Origin: Octopus bimaculoides
Lineage: Eukaryota
Reading direction: 5' to 3'
DNA: 64,000 nucleotides
Assembly: GCF_001194135.2 (NCBI RefSeq)
Contig: NC_068986.1
Location: 106,456,151-106,520,150 of the forward strand
Under the pieces are notes generated by a model, which worked only from the letters and a program-made list of their open reading frames with translations, ran no database searches and was not told the origin of the DNA. This document shows positions 63,906 through 64,000 of the stretch, piece after piece (the stretch's first letter is position 1; each line of letters starts with the position of its first letter). The position numbers were made by a program, and so were the translations under genes.

Positions 63906-64000
63906 TTTGTTGTATTTCGTTGTATATATCAATATATTTAGTTATATATCGATGATTTGTTTCACCGTCGTGTTTTCATTGTTTTCATTCTACTTCGGCG

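Overview
AT-rich, microsatellite-dense animal genomic DNA with many N gaps. The abundant tRNA-derived SINE families and the repeat landscape suggest a cephalopod, probably Octopus (inference, no database search run). No intact protein-coding gene is recognisable. The window looks intronic or intergenic and is built largely from decayed mobile elements. DNA transposons: three mariner copies plus a mariner MITE, a Tigger/pogo fragment, a Tc1-like fragment and hAT fragments. Non-LTR retroelements: a HERO-type element, a cluster of R4/Dong-type elements in (AAT)n microsatellites, an RTE 3' end and a Penelope-like RT fragment. About 30 SINE copies fall into 3-4 families. The most interesting signal is a set of short non-coding Penelope-type repeats carrying minimal type I hammerhead-ribozyme motifs. 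There are two clear families and a possible third, with one apparently intact copy at 60550-60595 (-). They often lie in or next to inverted repeats, and several other long palindromes could form dsRNA. Alignments and folds were done by eye, so boundaries are approximate (about 10-30 bp).
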